Shown: positions 1 to 11,580, counted from the stretch's first letter. The stretch is 64,000 nt of DNA from Candidatus Krumholzibacteriia bacterium (GCA_046484865.1 JAWOID010000144.1:1-64000), one strand, 5' to 3'. Notes: a model not told the origin generated them from the sequence alone. Numbers and translations: made by a program.

Positions 1-80
1 GTGGCGGCGGGGGCGGGGGTGGCGTGGCGGCGTGGCGGCGGGGCGGGCGGCCGCGTCAGGCCGTGTAGCGGGCGGCGGTC

Positions 81-1304
81 TCAGGGCCGCGCGGCGGCGG
101 GGCGGCCGGCGAGGGCGACGTCGCGGGTGTCGCGGGCGATCATCAACTCCTCGTTGGTCGGCACAATCATGATCCGCACGCGCGAGCTGGATTTGCTGAT
201 GATCGCCTCGTCGTGGCGGGTGGCGTTCTTGAAGGGATCGAGCACCGCTCCGATGGCCTGGAGGCCGCGGCAGGCCCATTCCCGCACCAGCGACGCGTGT
301 TCGCCGACGCCGGCCGTGAAGATGATGGCGTCCACGCGTCCCAGCGCCACGGCATAGGCGCCGATGTACTTGCGGATGTGGTAGGCGTACACCTCGAGCG
401 CCAGCCGCGCGCGGTCGTTGCCGCGGGCGTACTCACGTTCCACGTCGCGCAGGTCGCTGGAGATGCCGCTGATCCCCAGCATGCCGCTCTTCTTGTTGAG
501 CAGCTTCTCCACCTCGTCCAGGCTCATCTCGAAGTTGCGCGCCAGATAGCTGACGATCGCCGGGTCGATGTCGCCGCTGCGGGTGCCCATCATCAGCCCC
601 TCGAGCGGAGTGAAACCCATCGACGTGTCGATGGAGCGGCCGGCGCGCACCGCGGCCACCGAGGCGCCGTTGCCCAGATGGCAGGAGATGAAGTTCAGGT
701 CGGTGACGTCGCGCTCGAGGATCTGCGCCGCGCGCAGGGTGACGTAGCGATGGCTGGTGCCGTGGAAGCCGTATCGGCGGATCTTGTGCTGCTCGTAGAG
801 ATCGTAGGGCAGCGCGTAGATGTAGGCGCGATCGGGCATGGTCTGGTGGAAGGCGGTGTCGAACACGCCCACCATCGTCACGTCGGGCATCGCTCGCTGC
901 GCGGCGCGGATGCCGACGATGTTGGCGGGGTTGTGCAGCGGTGCCAGCGGGACGCATTCCTCCAGCGCGGCCACCACGTCCTCGTCGATGACGACCGACC
1001 GGGCGTACTTCTCGCCCGCGTGCACCACCCGGTGGCCCACCGCGGCGATCTCGTCCATCGACCGCACCACGCCGTGCTCGGTCGAGGTGAGGGCCGCGAT
1101 CACCAGCTCGATGCCGCGGCGGTGGTCGGCGACAGGCTCCTCCACCACGACGCCGTCCGAGCCGGGCCTCTCGTACGTGTGCCGGCCGGTCTCCTGGCCG
1201 ATGCGCTCCACCAGGCCCCGGGCCAGCAGCTGCTCGTGCTCCATGTCCAGGAGCTGGTACTTGAGGGAACTGCTGCCGCAGTTGATCACCAGCACGTTCT
1301 GCAT
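81..1304 (-). CDS. ackA: Acetate kinase
   Basis: N-terminal VINCGSSSLKY, VGHRVVHAG, APLHNP, FDTAFHQT, YGFHGTSH, HLGNGAS, TSMGFTPLEGLMMGTRSGD, FTAGVGE and TNEELMIA motifs; directly downstream of pta. Confidence 0.97.
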   Translation of the reverse strand: MQNVLVINCGSSSLKYQLLDMEHEQLLARGLVERIGQETGRHTYERPGSDGVVVEEPVADHRRGIELVIAALTSTEHGVVRSMDEIAAVGHRVVHAGEKYARSVVIDEDVVAALEECVPLAPLHNPANIVGIRAAQRAMPDVTMVGVFDTAFHQTMPDRAYIYALPYDLYEQHKIRRYGFHGTSHRYVTLRAAQILERDVTDLNFISCHLGNGASVAAVRAGRSIDTSMGFTPLEGLMMGTRSGDIDPAIVSYLARNFEMSLDEVEKLLNKKSGMLGISGISSDLRDVEREYARGNDRARLALEVYAYHIRKYIGAYAVALGRVDAIIFTAGVGEHASLVREWACRGLQAIGAVLDPFKNATRHDEAIISKSSSRVRIMIVPTNEELMIARDTRDVALAGRPAAARP

Positions 1305-1373
1305 CGCGTTCCGGTATCCTTCTGCTCGCGGCCCAGGCCGTCGCAGCCTCGTTGCGGCGACCGCCGCCGGGCG

Positions 1374-2372
1374 TCAGTCCTCGCTCTGCAGAGCGGTGAT
1401 GGCGGCGACGTTCACGATGTCCTCCACGCTGCAGCCGCGCGAGAGGTCGTTCACGCCCCTGGCCATCCCCTGGAGCACCGGGCCCACCGCCTCGGCGCCG
1501 GCCAGCCGCTGCACGAGCTTGTAGCCGATGTTGCCGGCGTCGAGATCGGGGAAGATGAGCACGTTGGCGCGACCGGCCACGCTGCTGCCCGGCGCCTTCT
1601 TGGCGCCGATGCCGGGCACCAGGGCCGCGTCCGCCTGCAGCGGACCATCCACCGCCAGTTCGGGCGCTCTCTCGCGCACGAGGCGCGTGGCCTCGGCCAC
1701 CTTGTCCACGTCGGCGCCGGCACCGCTGCCCTGGGTGGAGAAGCTGAGCATCGCCACCCGTGGCTCGAATCCGCACAGCGCGCGGGCCGTCCGCGCCGTG
1801 GCGACGGCGATGTCCGCCAGCTGGGCGGCGTCCGGCTGCGGGTTCACGGCGCAGTCGCCGAAGACGATCATGCCGTTCTCGCCGTACTCCCAGTCCTCCT
1901 TGATCATGACGAAGGCGCTCGAGACGATGCTCGTGCCCGGAGCGGTGCCCACGATCTGGAAACCGGCGCGCAGCACGTCGCCGGTGGCGTTCGCCGCCCC
2001 GGCCACCATGCCGTCGGCGCGTCCTCTCGCCACCATCATGGCGCCGTAGAAGAGGGGGTTGGCCATGACCTCCGCCGCTTCCGCCTCGGTCATGCCCTTG
2101 CGCTTGCGCTTCTCGTGATACGCGGCCACGTAGGCCTCGCGCTCCGGGTCAAAGCGGTGGTCCACGATGTCGATCCCGTCGGAACGCACGCCCAGGCGAG
2201 CGAATTCGGGCTCCAGCTGCGCGGGGTCGCCCAGCAGGATGACGCGGGCGAAGCCCTCGTCCCGGATCTGGGCGGCGGCGCGCAACATGCGCTCGTCCCA
2301 GCTCTCGGGCAGGACGATGGTGCGACCGAGCGCGGCGGCCTTGCGCCGGAGTTCCTCGGTGAACGACGACAT
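1374..2372 (-). CDS. pta: Phosphate acetyltransferase (short PTA)
   Basis: [61 protein letters not shown] and NDLSRGC motifs; start moved to ATG 2372 behind a GGGAGG RBS. Confidence 0.96.
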   Translation of the reverse strand: MSSFTEELRRKAAALGRTIVLPESWDERMLRAAAQIRDEGFARVILLGDPAQLEPEFARLGVRSDGIDIVDHRFDPEREAYVAAYHEKRKRKGMTEAEAAEVMANPLFYGAMMVARGRADGMVAGAANATGDVLRAGFQIVGTAPGTSIVSSAFVMIKEDWEYGENGMIVFGDCAVNPQPDAAQLADIAVATARTARALCGFEPRVAMLSFSTQGSGAGADVDKVAEATRLVRERAPELAVDGPLQADAALVPGIGAKKAPGSSVAGRANVLIFPDLDAGNIGYKLVQRLAGAEAVGPVLQGMARGVNDLSRGCSVEDIVNVAAITALQSED

Positions 2373-2707
2373 GACGGCGATCCCTCCCGATTTCCGTGAC
2401 CGACAGCCCCGGCGTCCATCCCCGCTCAGGGACGCCGCCGCTGGTAAGGTGGACCGGCCCGCAGGTGATGTCAAATCACGTCCGGGCGGGCGGAGACGGA
2501 CCGTGAGTGACCGCGCGTGGGGCGGGAAACACGCGGCACCTGACCCGGCTGCGGCCGGCCGCGGCCGGCCGCGGTGCGCGCACCGGCGGCGTGGCCGGAG
2601 GTTCGAGCGGGTGGCGGTCTGATCGGGCGCCGGTTACCGTGAGATTGTATACGATCGCCCCGCTGTGGGCGGGAATGCGCCTGGCGCAAGCGAGAGGAGA
2701 AGCGAGG

Positions 2708-3097
2708 ATGACCTTCTCGCTGACCGAGGTCCTGCTGCTGCTCGCCGTCATCGCTTTCGTGGTTCTCGCAATGGTCTTCGTGGCCGTGGGCCTGCGTCTC
2801 CGGCGGGCCATCGAGCGGTTCGAGGAGACGGCGGCGCGGGTGAACGCACTCGAGCCCCAGGTGAGCCGGCTGCTCGGCCAGGTGGAGATCGAGATGACGG
2901 AGGTCCAGCGGGTCACGGCGAAGGCCGACCACGTGGTGGCGAACGTCGCGGCGGTCTCGGACGAGTCGCGACGGATCGCCCTGGATCTGCTCCACGACCT
3001 CGAGGACCTCAAGCTCACCCAGCGCTATCGGGCGGCGGTTGCCGGCGCCAGGGCCGGGATCTCGGTCCTGAAATCCGCTGCCCGCGACGACCGCTAG
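2708..3097 (+). CDS. DUF948/YtxG-like membrane-anchored coiled-coil protein
   Basis: N-terminal transmembrane helix then a coiled coil; ATG preceded by purine-rich GAGGAGAAGCGAGG; paired with a YtxH gene as in ytxG-ytxH. Confidence 0.7.
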   Translation: MTFSLTEVLLLLAVIAFVVLAMVFVAVGLRLRRAIERFEETAARVNALEPQVSRLLGQVEIEMTEVQRVTAKADHVVANVAAVSDESRRIALDLLHDLEDLKLTQRYRAAVAGARAGISVLKSAARDDR

Positions 3098-3169
3098 CCC
3101 GCGCGGGTTCGCGGCCACCGCCACTTCGCCCCGCGGCGGAGCGGCTCACCCGAACGGAGGTATCGAGAC

Positions 3170-3487
3170 ATGTCCAGCGACAGCAACAACGTGATGGCCT
3201 TCCTGCTGGGAGCCGCGGCGGGGGCTGTGACCGCCCTGCTCCTGGCCCCGAACAGCGGCGAGGAGACCCGCCGACGCCTGCGCGAGGGCGCGGAGGACAT
3301 CTACGAGCAGGGCGAAGGGGCGGTGCGCGAGAAGACGGCCGGCGTGCGCACCCGCGCCAGCGAGACCGGTGGACGCGTGAAGGAACGGGCGCAGGACGTG
3401 GCCACGGCCGCGCGCTCGCGCGTGGACGCCGTGCGCGAGGCCGCGACCGAGGCCCGGCGGACGTACTCCGAGGAGATGAAGGCCTGA
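3170..3487 (+). CDS. YtxH domain protein (general stress / gas-vesicle-like)
   Basis: FLLGAAAGAVTALLLAPNSGEETRRRL signature; GGAGG RBS. Confidence 0.9.
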   Translation: MSSDSNNVMAFLLGAAAGAVTALLLAPNSGEETRRRLREGAEDIYEQGEGAVREKTAGVRTRASETGGRVKERAQDVATAARSRVDAVREAATEARRTYSEEMKA

Positions 3488-3501
3488 GGAGATGAAGGCC
3501 T
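3470..3501. repeat. Exact 16-bp tandem duplication GAGGAGATGAAGGCCT x2 at the YtxH 3' end
   Basis: Copies at 3470-3485 and 3486-3501 read directly from the sequence. Confidence 0.9.
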
Positions 3502-3525
3502 AGCGCGGCGGCATCGATCGGCGGG

Positions 3526-4035
3526 CTATCGATCGGCCTGTTCGGGGGGACCGCTGGCGGGACCGTTCTCGCGCGGGGCGAACGACGGCCGCTGGCCGGC
3601 GAGCGCCTGGAGCGGGTCGCCGTCGCCGCGGGCGACGATCTCCACCAGATCCTGGAGCGTGAAGCTGGACCAGAAGTCGCGCATCTTGAGGCTGAGCAGC
3701 GACCAGATGGTCCGGGTCAGGCACGAGTCGGACCGGTCGCAGACGTCCGGATCGGCCACGCAGTCCACCAGCGCGGTGTGCGCATCGAGGGCGGAGATGA
3801 TCTCCCAGAGATCGATCTCGGCAGGCGGGCGCGCCAGCGTGTACCCGCCGCGTACGCCCTTGTGGCTGTGGATCAGTTCCGCCTTGCGCAGCGTGCCGAC
3901 CACCTGCTCGAGGTACTTGCTACTGATCTCCTGCGACTCGGCGATGGCACTGATGGGCACGGGGTCGCCGCCGTAGTTGCGGGCGATCTGCACGACGGCC
4001 CGCAGACCGTAGCGGACGCGAGTGTTCACCTTCAT
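3526..4035 (-). CDS. Rrf2 family transcriptional regulator (IscR/CymR-like, three Cys)
   Basis: RYGLRA, IAESQEISSKYLEQ, LIHSHKGVRGGYTLARPP; C-x6-C-x5-C putative Fe-S ligands. Confidence 0.93.
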   Translation of the reverse strand: MKVNTRVRYGLRAVVQIARNYGGDPVPISAIAESQEISSKYLEQVVGTLRKAELIHSHKGVRGGYTLARPPAEIDLWEIISALDAHTALVDCVADPDVCDRSDSCLTRTIWSLLSLKMRDFWSSFTLQDLVEIVARGDGDPLQALAGQRPSFAPRENGPASGPPEQADR

Positions 4036-4164
4036 GTCGAGTCTTCCTGCGAGGGCGCAGCGGCAAGGGATGCCGGTGCGACCGGAACCGACACGCGGGA
4101 GCGAGGTGCCCCAAAGTAGCGATCAGCGACCCTCGGCGGCAAGGAAAAGTCCGCGCGGCGCCCT

Positions 4165-5148
4165 TCAGCCGGTGATCTCGGGCACGTCTTTCAGCAGCAG
4201 CCCCGGCAGGTGCAGGGGGCGGGTGGCCGCCCGCTTGCGCTCGATGTGGCGATACGCGCGGGCGATCCGGTCTTCCGGCATCCCCAGCACCGCCGCCGCC
4301 TCGGCGACGGGCACGTCGTGGTTGCAGGCCCACAGCAGCAGGTCCATCTCCCGGTACGGCAGCACGAAGTAGAACTCGTCCTGGCCCTGCGGCAGGCTGT
4401 AGGTGTCAGTGGTGGGCGCGGCGGCGCAGATCTCGTCCGGCAGCCCGAGGTGCCGCGCCATCGCATAGACCTGCGTCTTGTAGAGGTGCGCGATCGGCTT
4501 CACGTCGGCCGCCCCGTCACCGTTCTTCACGAAGAACCCCTGATCGTACTCCAGACGGTTGGGAGTTCCCGCGACCGCGTAGTTCAGGCGATCGGCGTGA
4601 TGGTATTCCAGGGCCTTGCGGACGCGCTGCTTGAAGCTGGTGGCCGCCACGATCTCCAGGTAGGCCTGCAGCGGCAAGCGCGCGGTGCGGCGACGGCCCG
4701 AGGGCTCCTCCGCCACCAGCCGGAAGACGTTCACCCGGTCGGTGTCGAGCCGGTCCGCCGCCAGCACGATCTTGCTCCGCCACCCGGGACCGTAGTCGGG
4801 GAAAACCCGTTTCGCCGCCGCGTCGTAGCGGCGGTAGCAGCCGATCGCGTCGAGCGTGGGCTGGATGTCCTCCACGGCGTGAACCACGCCCAGGTGCTCC
4901 ACCAGCCGCCGGCCCAGACGCAGACCCTCGTCGGACGAGTCGCGCTCGGGCATGAGCAGCGCGAACACCCGGCCGGGTCCCAGCGCGCGCACTGCGAGGG
5001 CGGCGGTGACGCTGCTGTCGATGCCGCCGCTCACGGCCACGACCAGACCGCGACGGAGGAGACGCCGGGCCACCGTCTCGCGCAGGGCCCCGGCGATCTC
5101 GTCGGCTTCCCGCTCGAGATCCAGCTGCAGGACGTCGCCGTGGAACAT
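4165..5148 (-). CDS. nadE: NH3-dependent NAD(+) synthetase-like protein
   Basis: SGGIDS PP-loop, GTPNRLEY, FFVKNGDG, KPIAHLYKTQVY, PTTDT; start set at ATG 5148 after a GGGAGAGG RBS. Confidence 0.9.
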   Translation of the reverse strand: MFHGDVLQLDLEREADEIAGALRETVARRLLRRGLVVAVSGGIDSSVTAALAVRALGPGRVFALLMPERDSSDEGLRLGRRLVEHLGVVHAVEDIQPTLDAIGCYRRYDAAAKRVFPDYGPGWRSKIVLAADRLDTDRVNVFRLVAEEPSGRRRTARLPLQAYLEIVAATSFKQRVRKALEYHHADRLNYAVAGTPNRLEYDQGFFVKNGDGAADVKPIAHLYKTQVYAMARHLGLPDEICAAAPTTDTYSLPQGQDEFYFVLPYREMDLLLWACNHDVPVAEAAAVLGMPEDRIARAYRHIERKRAATRPLHLPGLLLKDVPEITG

Positions 5149-5396
5149 GGGACCTCTCCCGGTTCGCTCGGCGCGGCGGAGCCGCGCCGCACGCATCGCT
5201 CGTGGCTCCATCCGCGCAGTGCGGGCCACCGACGGCCGACGATAAGGCTCCTGCGGACCGCTGTCCACGGGCCCGTGGACGCCGGGTGCGGCGGCGCCAC
5301 CGACCCTTCCTCGACAACGGAGGACGGCACAGCTATCCTGTCGCCGCAAAACCGCTACCGGGCGGCGTCTCGCCCGTCGTCCGAGGAGGCTTTGCC

Positions 5397-6488
5397 GTGA
5401 ACCCCGATGACCGCCACGCATTCGTGCGTTCCCTGCCGCTGGCCGATCTGCACCGTCACTTCGACGGGTCCATTCGCCCGACCACCCTCTGGGAACTGTC
5501 CGAGAAATTCTACTCCGCGGTGCCGGGACTGGACTTCGAGGCGTTCCGCCGCTACCTCGAGTGGGACGACCGGGAGGATCGCACCCTGCTCGACTACCTG
5601 GACAAGTTCCACGTTCCCCTGCAGTACACGCAGTTCTACGAGAACATCAGGCGCATCGCCTACGAGATCGCCGAGGACGCCTACGCGGACGGCGTCCGGC
5701 TCCTGGAACTGCGCATCAACCCGTTGATCCACCGCCGCGCGGGCCTGACCACGCGCCAGGTGATCCACGCCACGCGCAAGGGACTGTCGAAGTTCGGGGA
5801 GCAGCATCCCGGCTTCAAGGCGGGCATCGTCATCATCGCCATGCGCAGCCACGGCGGGAACCTGGCGCGCATCCTCCTGCGCGAGATCATCGGCGAGAAG
5901 GAGGAGTTCCACGGCGGCGTGGGCGTGGTGGGGTTCGACATCGCCGGCCCCGAGGCGCCGTTCCCACCCCTGCTCTTCTCCGGCGCCTACGCCCTGGCCG
6001 ACCAGATGGGTCTGAGGAAGACCGTCCATGCCGGCGAGAGCGAGGGACCGGAGCGCATCTGGGAGGCCCTGGACAACCTGGGGCCCCACCGCATCGGTCA
6101 CGGTACCAGCGCAGGCGAGGATCCGGAGCTGATGAAACGGCTCGCGCGCGAGCAGATCGTGGTGGAGGTGTGCCTCTCATCGAACGCGCAGACAGGCGCG
6201 GTGCGGGACCTGCGCGATCACCCCCTGCCGCGCTTCCTCGACGCCGGCATGAAGGTGGCACTCTGCACCGACAACCCGACCGTCTCCGCCACCACGCTCA
6301 CCCGCGAATACGAGCTGGCCATGGAAACCTTCGGTCTATCCGAGGACGACGTGCGCGCCCTGGCCCGCGTCTCGTGCGAGGGAACATTCCTGGCAGCGGG
6401 TTGCCACTGCCTGCCGGAGACGAACGAACCGACGTCCGGGGCCGCCGCGACCGGCGTCCCGCGGTCGGCCGAAGGAGACATGTCGTGA
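5397..6488 (+). CDS. add: Adenosine/adenine deaminase family metallohydrolase
   Basis: LHRHFDGS, ELR, GFDIAGPE, TVHAGE, RIGHG, EVCLSSN and CTDNP motifs; GTG start after GAGGAGG. Confidence 0.9.
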   Translation: MNPDDRHAFVRSLPLADLHRHFDGSIRPTTLWELSEKFYSAVPGLDFEAFRRYLEWDDREDRTLLDYLDKFHVPLQYTQFYENIRRIAYEIAEDAYADGVRLLELRINPLIHRRAGLTTRQVIHATRKGLSKFGEQHPGFKAGIVIIAMRSHGGNLARILLREIIGEKEEFHGGVGVVGFDIAGPEAPFPPLLFSGAYALADQMGLRKTVHAGESEGPERIWEALDNLGPHRIGHGTSAGEDPELMKRLAREQIVVEVCLSSNAQTGAVRDLRDHPLPRFLDAGMKVALCTDNPTVSATTLTREYELAMETFGLSEDDVRALARVSCEGTFLAAGCHCLPETNEPTSGAAATGVPRSAEGDMS

Positions 6489-6883
6489 ACGACGTGAGCT
6501 ATGGTTACACGAGGCGCGTGACGGGACGCCCGTTCCCGTCGGTGCGCGAGGCCGTTCTGCAGGCGCTGCAGGAGGAAGGGTTCGGGGTCCTGACGGAGAT
6601 CGACGTCAAGGCCACCCTCCGCGAGAAGCTCGGCGTGGAGGGGCGCGAGTACCGCATCCTCGGCGCGTGCAATCCGCCCCTGGCGCACCGGGCGCTGGCG
6701 GCGGAGCCGCTGATCGGCCTGCTGCTGCCGTGCAATTTCGTGGTGGCGGAGGACGACGCGGGCGGCGTGGTGGTGGCGGCGGCCCGGCCGGCGGCCATGT
6801 TCCAGATGGTGGAGAACCCCGCGCTGGAGGACCTGGCACAGGACGTGGACGATCGCATCCGGCGCGCCCTGGACGCGGTCTGA
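6485..6883 (+). CDS. DUF302 domain protein
   Basis: EEGFGVLTEIDVKATLREKLG, YRILGACNPPLAHRAL, IGLLLPCN; GTGA overlap with the deaminase stop. Confidence 0.92.
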   Translation: MNDVSYGYTRRVTGRPFPSVREAVLQALQEEGFGVLTEIDVKATLREKLGVEGREYRILGACNPPLAHRALAAEPLIGLLLPCNFVVAEDDAGGVVVAAARPAAMFQMVENPALEDLAQDVDDRIRRALDAV

Positions 6884-7037
6884 TCGGCGCCACGGTCGGC
6901 GGCGGTCGCGACCGGCGGCTCGCCGGGCCTTGCTTGCCATGGCGCCGCAGCCCGGATAAGCTTCGCCCTCGCGAGCCAGCCGTCTTCCCTCAGCCCACCC
7001 GTCGGGCAGCCGCGACCCGGCGTGAGAGCCGCCGCGC

Positions 7038-8771
7038 ATGACCGTCCGCAGGCCACTCCGTCCGAGCAAGTCACACCTGCTGCGCCTGGTGGTGGCGGCG
7101 GGCGTCCTGGCGGCGGGCTTCCTCGCACTGCGCGGCTACACGACCGACGACACGTACATCCATCTGCGTTACGCCGAGAACCTGCTCGAACGCGGCGAGT
7201 TCGCGTTCAATCCCGGCGTGCTGACCTATGGAGCCACCAGTCCGCTGTGGGTGCTGGGGCTGGCGGCCCTGCTGGCGCTGGGGGTGCCACCCTCGACCGC
7301 TCCCGCGCTGCTCGGACTGATGGCGGCGGCAGGTGCTCTGCTGCTCTTCGACGCCATCCTCACGCGGCTGCCGTTCCGCTCGTCGTGGAAGTTCTGGCTC
7401 CTGCTGCTGGCAGCGGCCGACGTCTGGTTCCTGCGCTGGGCCCGGTCGGGCATGGAGACGCCGCTGTCCGGGCTCGTCCTGCTGCTGCTGCTCTGGCCGC
7501 TGGTGGCGGAGCGCCTGCCCGGCGGCTGGCTGGCGGTCGATCCGGGGCGTCCTGCCGGTCAGGGGCCACCGCTGTGGCATCGCTACCTGGCCTGGGGTGT
7601 GGCGTCGGGCCTCGCCGCGCTGGTACGACCGGAGTTCCTCCTGATGGCGCCGCTGGCCCTGCCCTGGCTCCTGTGGTTCGAGTACTATCGGGCCTCCGAC
7701 GCCGGCGGCCGTCCCGGGCGGCTGCGCGCGCGCCCGCACCGGCTCGTCGTGGCGGCGGTGGCCGGCTGGCTGCTGGCCGCCGGCCCGTGGCTGGTGTACG
7801 CCCGGCTCGCCTTCGGCCGCTGGCTGCCGGGCACCGTCGCCGCCAAGAGCGGCGACGTCGGACTCGACCTGCAGGCGGTGATCGCGGTGGTGGCGCGGGC
7901 GCTCGTGCAACTCGGGGCGGTGCAGGCACCCTTGTGGGCCGGCCTCGGGCTGGTCGCCATCGCGGCCCTGGTCATCCGCCGCCAGCCGGCCGACGTGGTC
8001 TCCGGGCGCAACCAGGGGTCGCTGGAGACGCTGCTGGAACCGCCTCCACCCCGGACGGGGCGGGCTGATACCGGGCTGTGGACCATCTGGTTGGCGGTGG
8101 CCCTGGTGGGCGTCGCCTTCACCTGGACCGGCGTTCTCGTGGTCGGCTACGCGCTCAAGCAGGTCTGGGTCATCTCCCGCTACGTGGCGCCGTTGACGGC
8201 GCCGCTGCTGCTCGCCCTCGGCGTGCTGGGGGTCTGGCTGGCCGACAGCCTGGGAGCCACGCCCCGGCGTGCCCGGCTCGGCCAGATGCCGCTGCTCGCC
8301 GGGGCCGTGCTGGCTGTGGCCCTGAACGCCTACCTGATGATCACGCAGGTCGTGCCGCACGCGCGCCGCTTTCCGGCCGGTCTGGAGGCCTGCTACCTGG
8401 AGACCGGCCGCTGGCTGCGGGAGAACACGCCCCCCGACGTGGTCGTCGCGGCGCTGGACATCGGCGGCATCGGCTACGCGAGCGACCGGCACATCCTCGA
8501 TCTGATGGGGCTGGTGAGTCCCGAGATCCTGACGCTGGGTCGCGAGATGGGCTTCGAGGAACTGGTCGCCACCGGTGCCTGGCTGCACGTGCGCAGCCCG
8601 AGCGGCCGCCGTCCCGACTACCTGGTGGACCGCACCAGCGGGCCGCCGCGCTGGCAGGGGCAGAAGCTGCGCGGGGTCACCTTCGAACTGCTGGACACCT
8701 GCGTCATCGAGGGCGTGGGCCTGACGGAGTCGCAGCCGTGGACGGTGGCGCTGTACCGCCTGCGCCGCTGA
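7038..8771 (+). CDS. Polytopic membrane protein, GT-C-like glycosyltransferase
   Basis: DDTYIHLRYAENL...FNPG...GATSPLW loop, SGMET, RPE and RY motifs, many TM helices, C-terminal DIGGIGY...LDLMGL domain. Confidence 0.7.
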   Translation: MTVRRPLRPSKSHLLRLVVAAGVLAAGFLALRGYTTDDTYIHLRYAENLLERGEFAFNPGVLTYGATSPLWVLGLAALLALGVPPSTAPALLGLMAAAGALLLFDAILTRLPFRSSWKFWLLLLAAADVWFLRWARSGMETPLSGLVLLLLLWPLVAERLPGGWLAVDPGRPAGQGPPLWHRYLAWGVASGLAALVRPEFLLMAPLALPWLLWFEYYRASDAGGRPGRLRARPHRLVVAAVAGWLLAAGPWLVYARLAFGRWLPGTVAAKSGDVGLDLQAVIAVVARALVQLGAVQAPLWAGLGLVAIAALVIRRQPADVVSGRNQGSLETLLEPPPPRTGRADTGLWTIWLAVALVGVAFTWTGVLVVGYALKQVWVISRYVAPLTAPLLLALGVLGVWLADSLGATPRRARLGQMPLLAGAVLAVALNAYLMITQVVPHARRFPAGLEACYLETGRWLRENTPPDVVVAALDIGGIGYASDRHILDLMGLVSPEILTLGREMGFEELVATGAWLHVRSPSGRRPDYLVDRTSGPPRWQGQKLRGVTFELLDTCVIEGVGLTESQPWTVALYRLRR

Positions 8772-8842
8772 CGGCGCCCGGCGAGCGGCTGGCCGCGACC
8801 GCCCCACACGCTGGCGGGAGGACCGCCCCACGAGCTGGCCGG

Positions 8843-10174
8843 CTAGCCGCGAGCGGGATCCCGGTCGCCGCCTTCGACGGGCCCGTCGCGCGGTTCCAGC
8901 TCGCCCTCTCGCGCTGCCACGAGGGTGAGGGGCTCCTGGGTCGTCGGCGGTCCCGCGGGCTCGCGCTTGATCACCAGCAGGGTCATGTCGTCACCCAGCG
9001 GCGCGTCGTTGCCGAACGCGTGCACCCGTTCGGCGAGTTCCGCGACGACCGTCGCGGCGTCGGTACCCGTGCGGTTTTGCAGGGCGGCGATGATGCCGTC
9101 ACGGCCGAACTCGTCGGGCGGCGCCAGCTCGGCGTCCTGACCCGGCGCCTGACGCTCGGTCACTCCATCGGTGAAGGCCACCAGCATGTCGCCCGGGCGC
9201 AGCGCCACGAAGCCGCGCTGATACCGGGCCCCGGGCAGCGGACCGAGCACCGGGCCGGTGGTCTGCAACTCGTGCACGCTGCCGTCGGTCCGGAAGAGCA
9301 GCGGCGGACAGTGGCCGCAGTTCACGTAGGTGAGGATGCCGGTGGACTCCAGCTCACCGTAGAAGAGGGAGATGAAGCGGCTCGAAAGGCCGCTCTGGTA
9401 GATCACGCGGTTGAGCCGCTCGATCTGCGCCGTGATCTTGGTGGCGGCCACCTGGCCCATGCGCAACCCGGTCACGACGTCGCGGGCCTGCAGCGCCGCG
9501 GGCAGCCCGTGGCCGCTGGCGTCGGCCAGCACCACCGCCAGCACGCCCGGCTCCACCTCCTGCACGTCGTACACGTCGCCGCCCACCTCCTCGGCGGGCG
9601 CCGTGAAGGCGGCGATGTCGAAGCCGCGGAGCTGCTTCAGGTCACGCGGCAGCAGCGAGAGCTGGATGGAGCGGGCCTGCCGCATCTGATCGTCCAGGAC
9701 GTTCTGACGCAGCTTCAGACCCACGGCCGCGCGCAGCGACTCGAGGACCACCAGCAACTCGTCGTCGCCGTGGTGCTGGACGCCGAGGCTCAGGATGTAG
9801 CGGGGGTTCTGCCCCACGAGCAGGGCGGCGCTGTCGAGGGCCGTCAGCTCCGACTCCACGGCCGGATCGTAGCCGGGCGAATCCCGCGAGATCAGCCAGA
9901 GCCGGCGCTCTTCCAGCTGCTTGATGATGGGATAGTCCTTGCTCACGGTCTTGCCGGCGATGGCCTCGCCGAACTCGCCGAAGCTGGCGATGAGCAGGTA
10001 GTCGTTGCCGCGTTCGCGGTAGAGCCGGCCGCTGCCCACGCCCAGCCACTCGGCGTCCTCGGCCTTCACCAGCTCGCGCAGCACCCCGACGAGGAACTCC
10101 TCGTCCCCCGCGGCGATGTCGATGCGCCGCATCAGCTGCTCGATCTTGCGGTAGAGTCGCTTGGGCATGGTCAT
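8843..10174 (-). CDS. PP2C/SpoIIE (RsbU-like) serine phosphatase with N-terminal GAF-like region
   Basis: ARSIQLSLLP, VGGDVYD, ADASGHGLPAAL, YVNCGH, FTDGVTE and DDMT motifs. Confidence 0.92.
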   Translation of the reverse strand: MTMPKRLYRKIEQLMRRIDIAAGDEEFLVGVLRELVKAEDAEWLGVGSGRLYRERGNDYLLIASFGEFGEAIAGKTVSKDYPIIKQLEERRLWLISRDSPGYDPAVESELTALDSAALLVGQNPRYILSLGVQHHGDDELLVVLESLRAAVGLKLRQNVLDDQMRQARSIQLSLLPRDLKQLRGFDIAAFTAPAEEVGGDVYDVQEVEPGVLAVVLADASGHGLPAALQARDVVTGLRMGQVAATKITAQIERLNRVIYQSGLSSRFISLFYGELESTGILTYVNCGHCPPLLFRTDGSVHELQTTGPVLGPLPGARYQRGFVALRPGDMLVAFTDGVTERQAPGQDAELAPPDEFGRDGIIAALQNRTGTDAATVVAELAERVHAFGNDAPLGDDMTLLVIKREPAGPPTTQEPLTLVAAREGELEPRDGPVEGGDRDPARG

Positions 10175-10383
10175 CTCTTTCCGTCCTTCCGGCATTGTAC
10201 GGCGTCGCGGAACTACGTTGCCAGCGTGGATCGCGTCAAGGTCGACGCCGGGCGGCCGGGCGGCCTGGAGGCCCCGCGGCCGGGCGGTTGCGTCGGGCGG
10301 CGCGGAACCGCCGGTCGGTGCCGGTGTTGGCACCCGCACGCCCCGGGGCTCCGGCGGGCGTCGCTCGCATAGCTCCTGGACGA

Positions 10384-10419
10384 CCGTGAGAGCGCCGTGC
10401 GAGCGCCGTGCGAGCGCCG
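10384..10419. repeat. 11-bp tandem repeat CCGTG(A/C)GAGCG x3 in a divergent intergenic region
   Basis: Three units read directly at 10384, 10395 and 10406. Confidence 0.75.
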
Positions 10420-10600
10420 GTTGTTGTCCCGCGGTCCCGGCGCTAGACTGAAGGGCTCCGGCCCCTCCGATCGGTCACGGTCGCGATCCGCAATGGTCGA
10501 GGTCGGGATCGGGGCCGGGCCGGACTCCGGCGCCGTCCGCGGCCGCCGGCGCGACCCGCGGCCGTCCGCAATACGCCCACCGCTCGCAGAAAGGTTCCTC

Positions 10601-11580
<980 letters not shown>

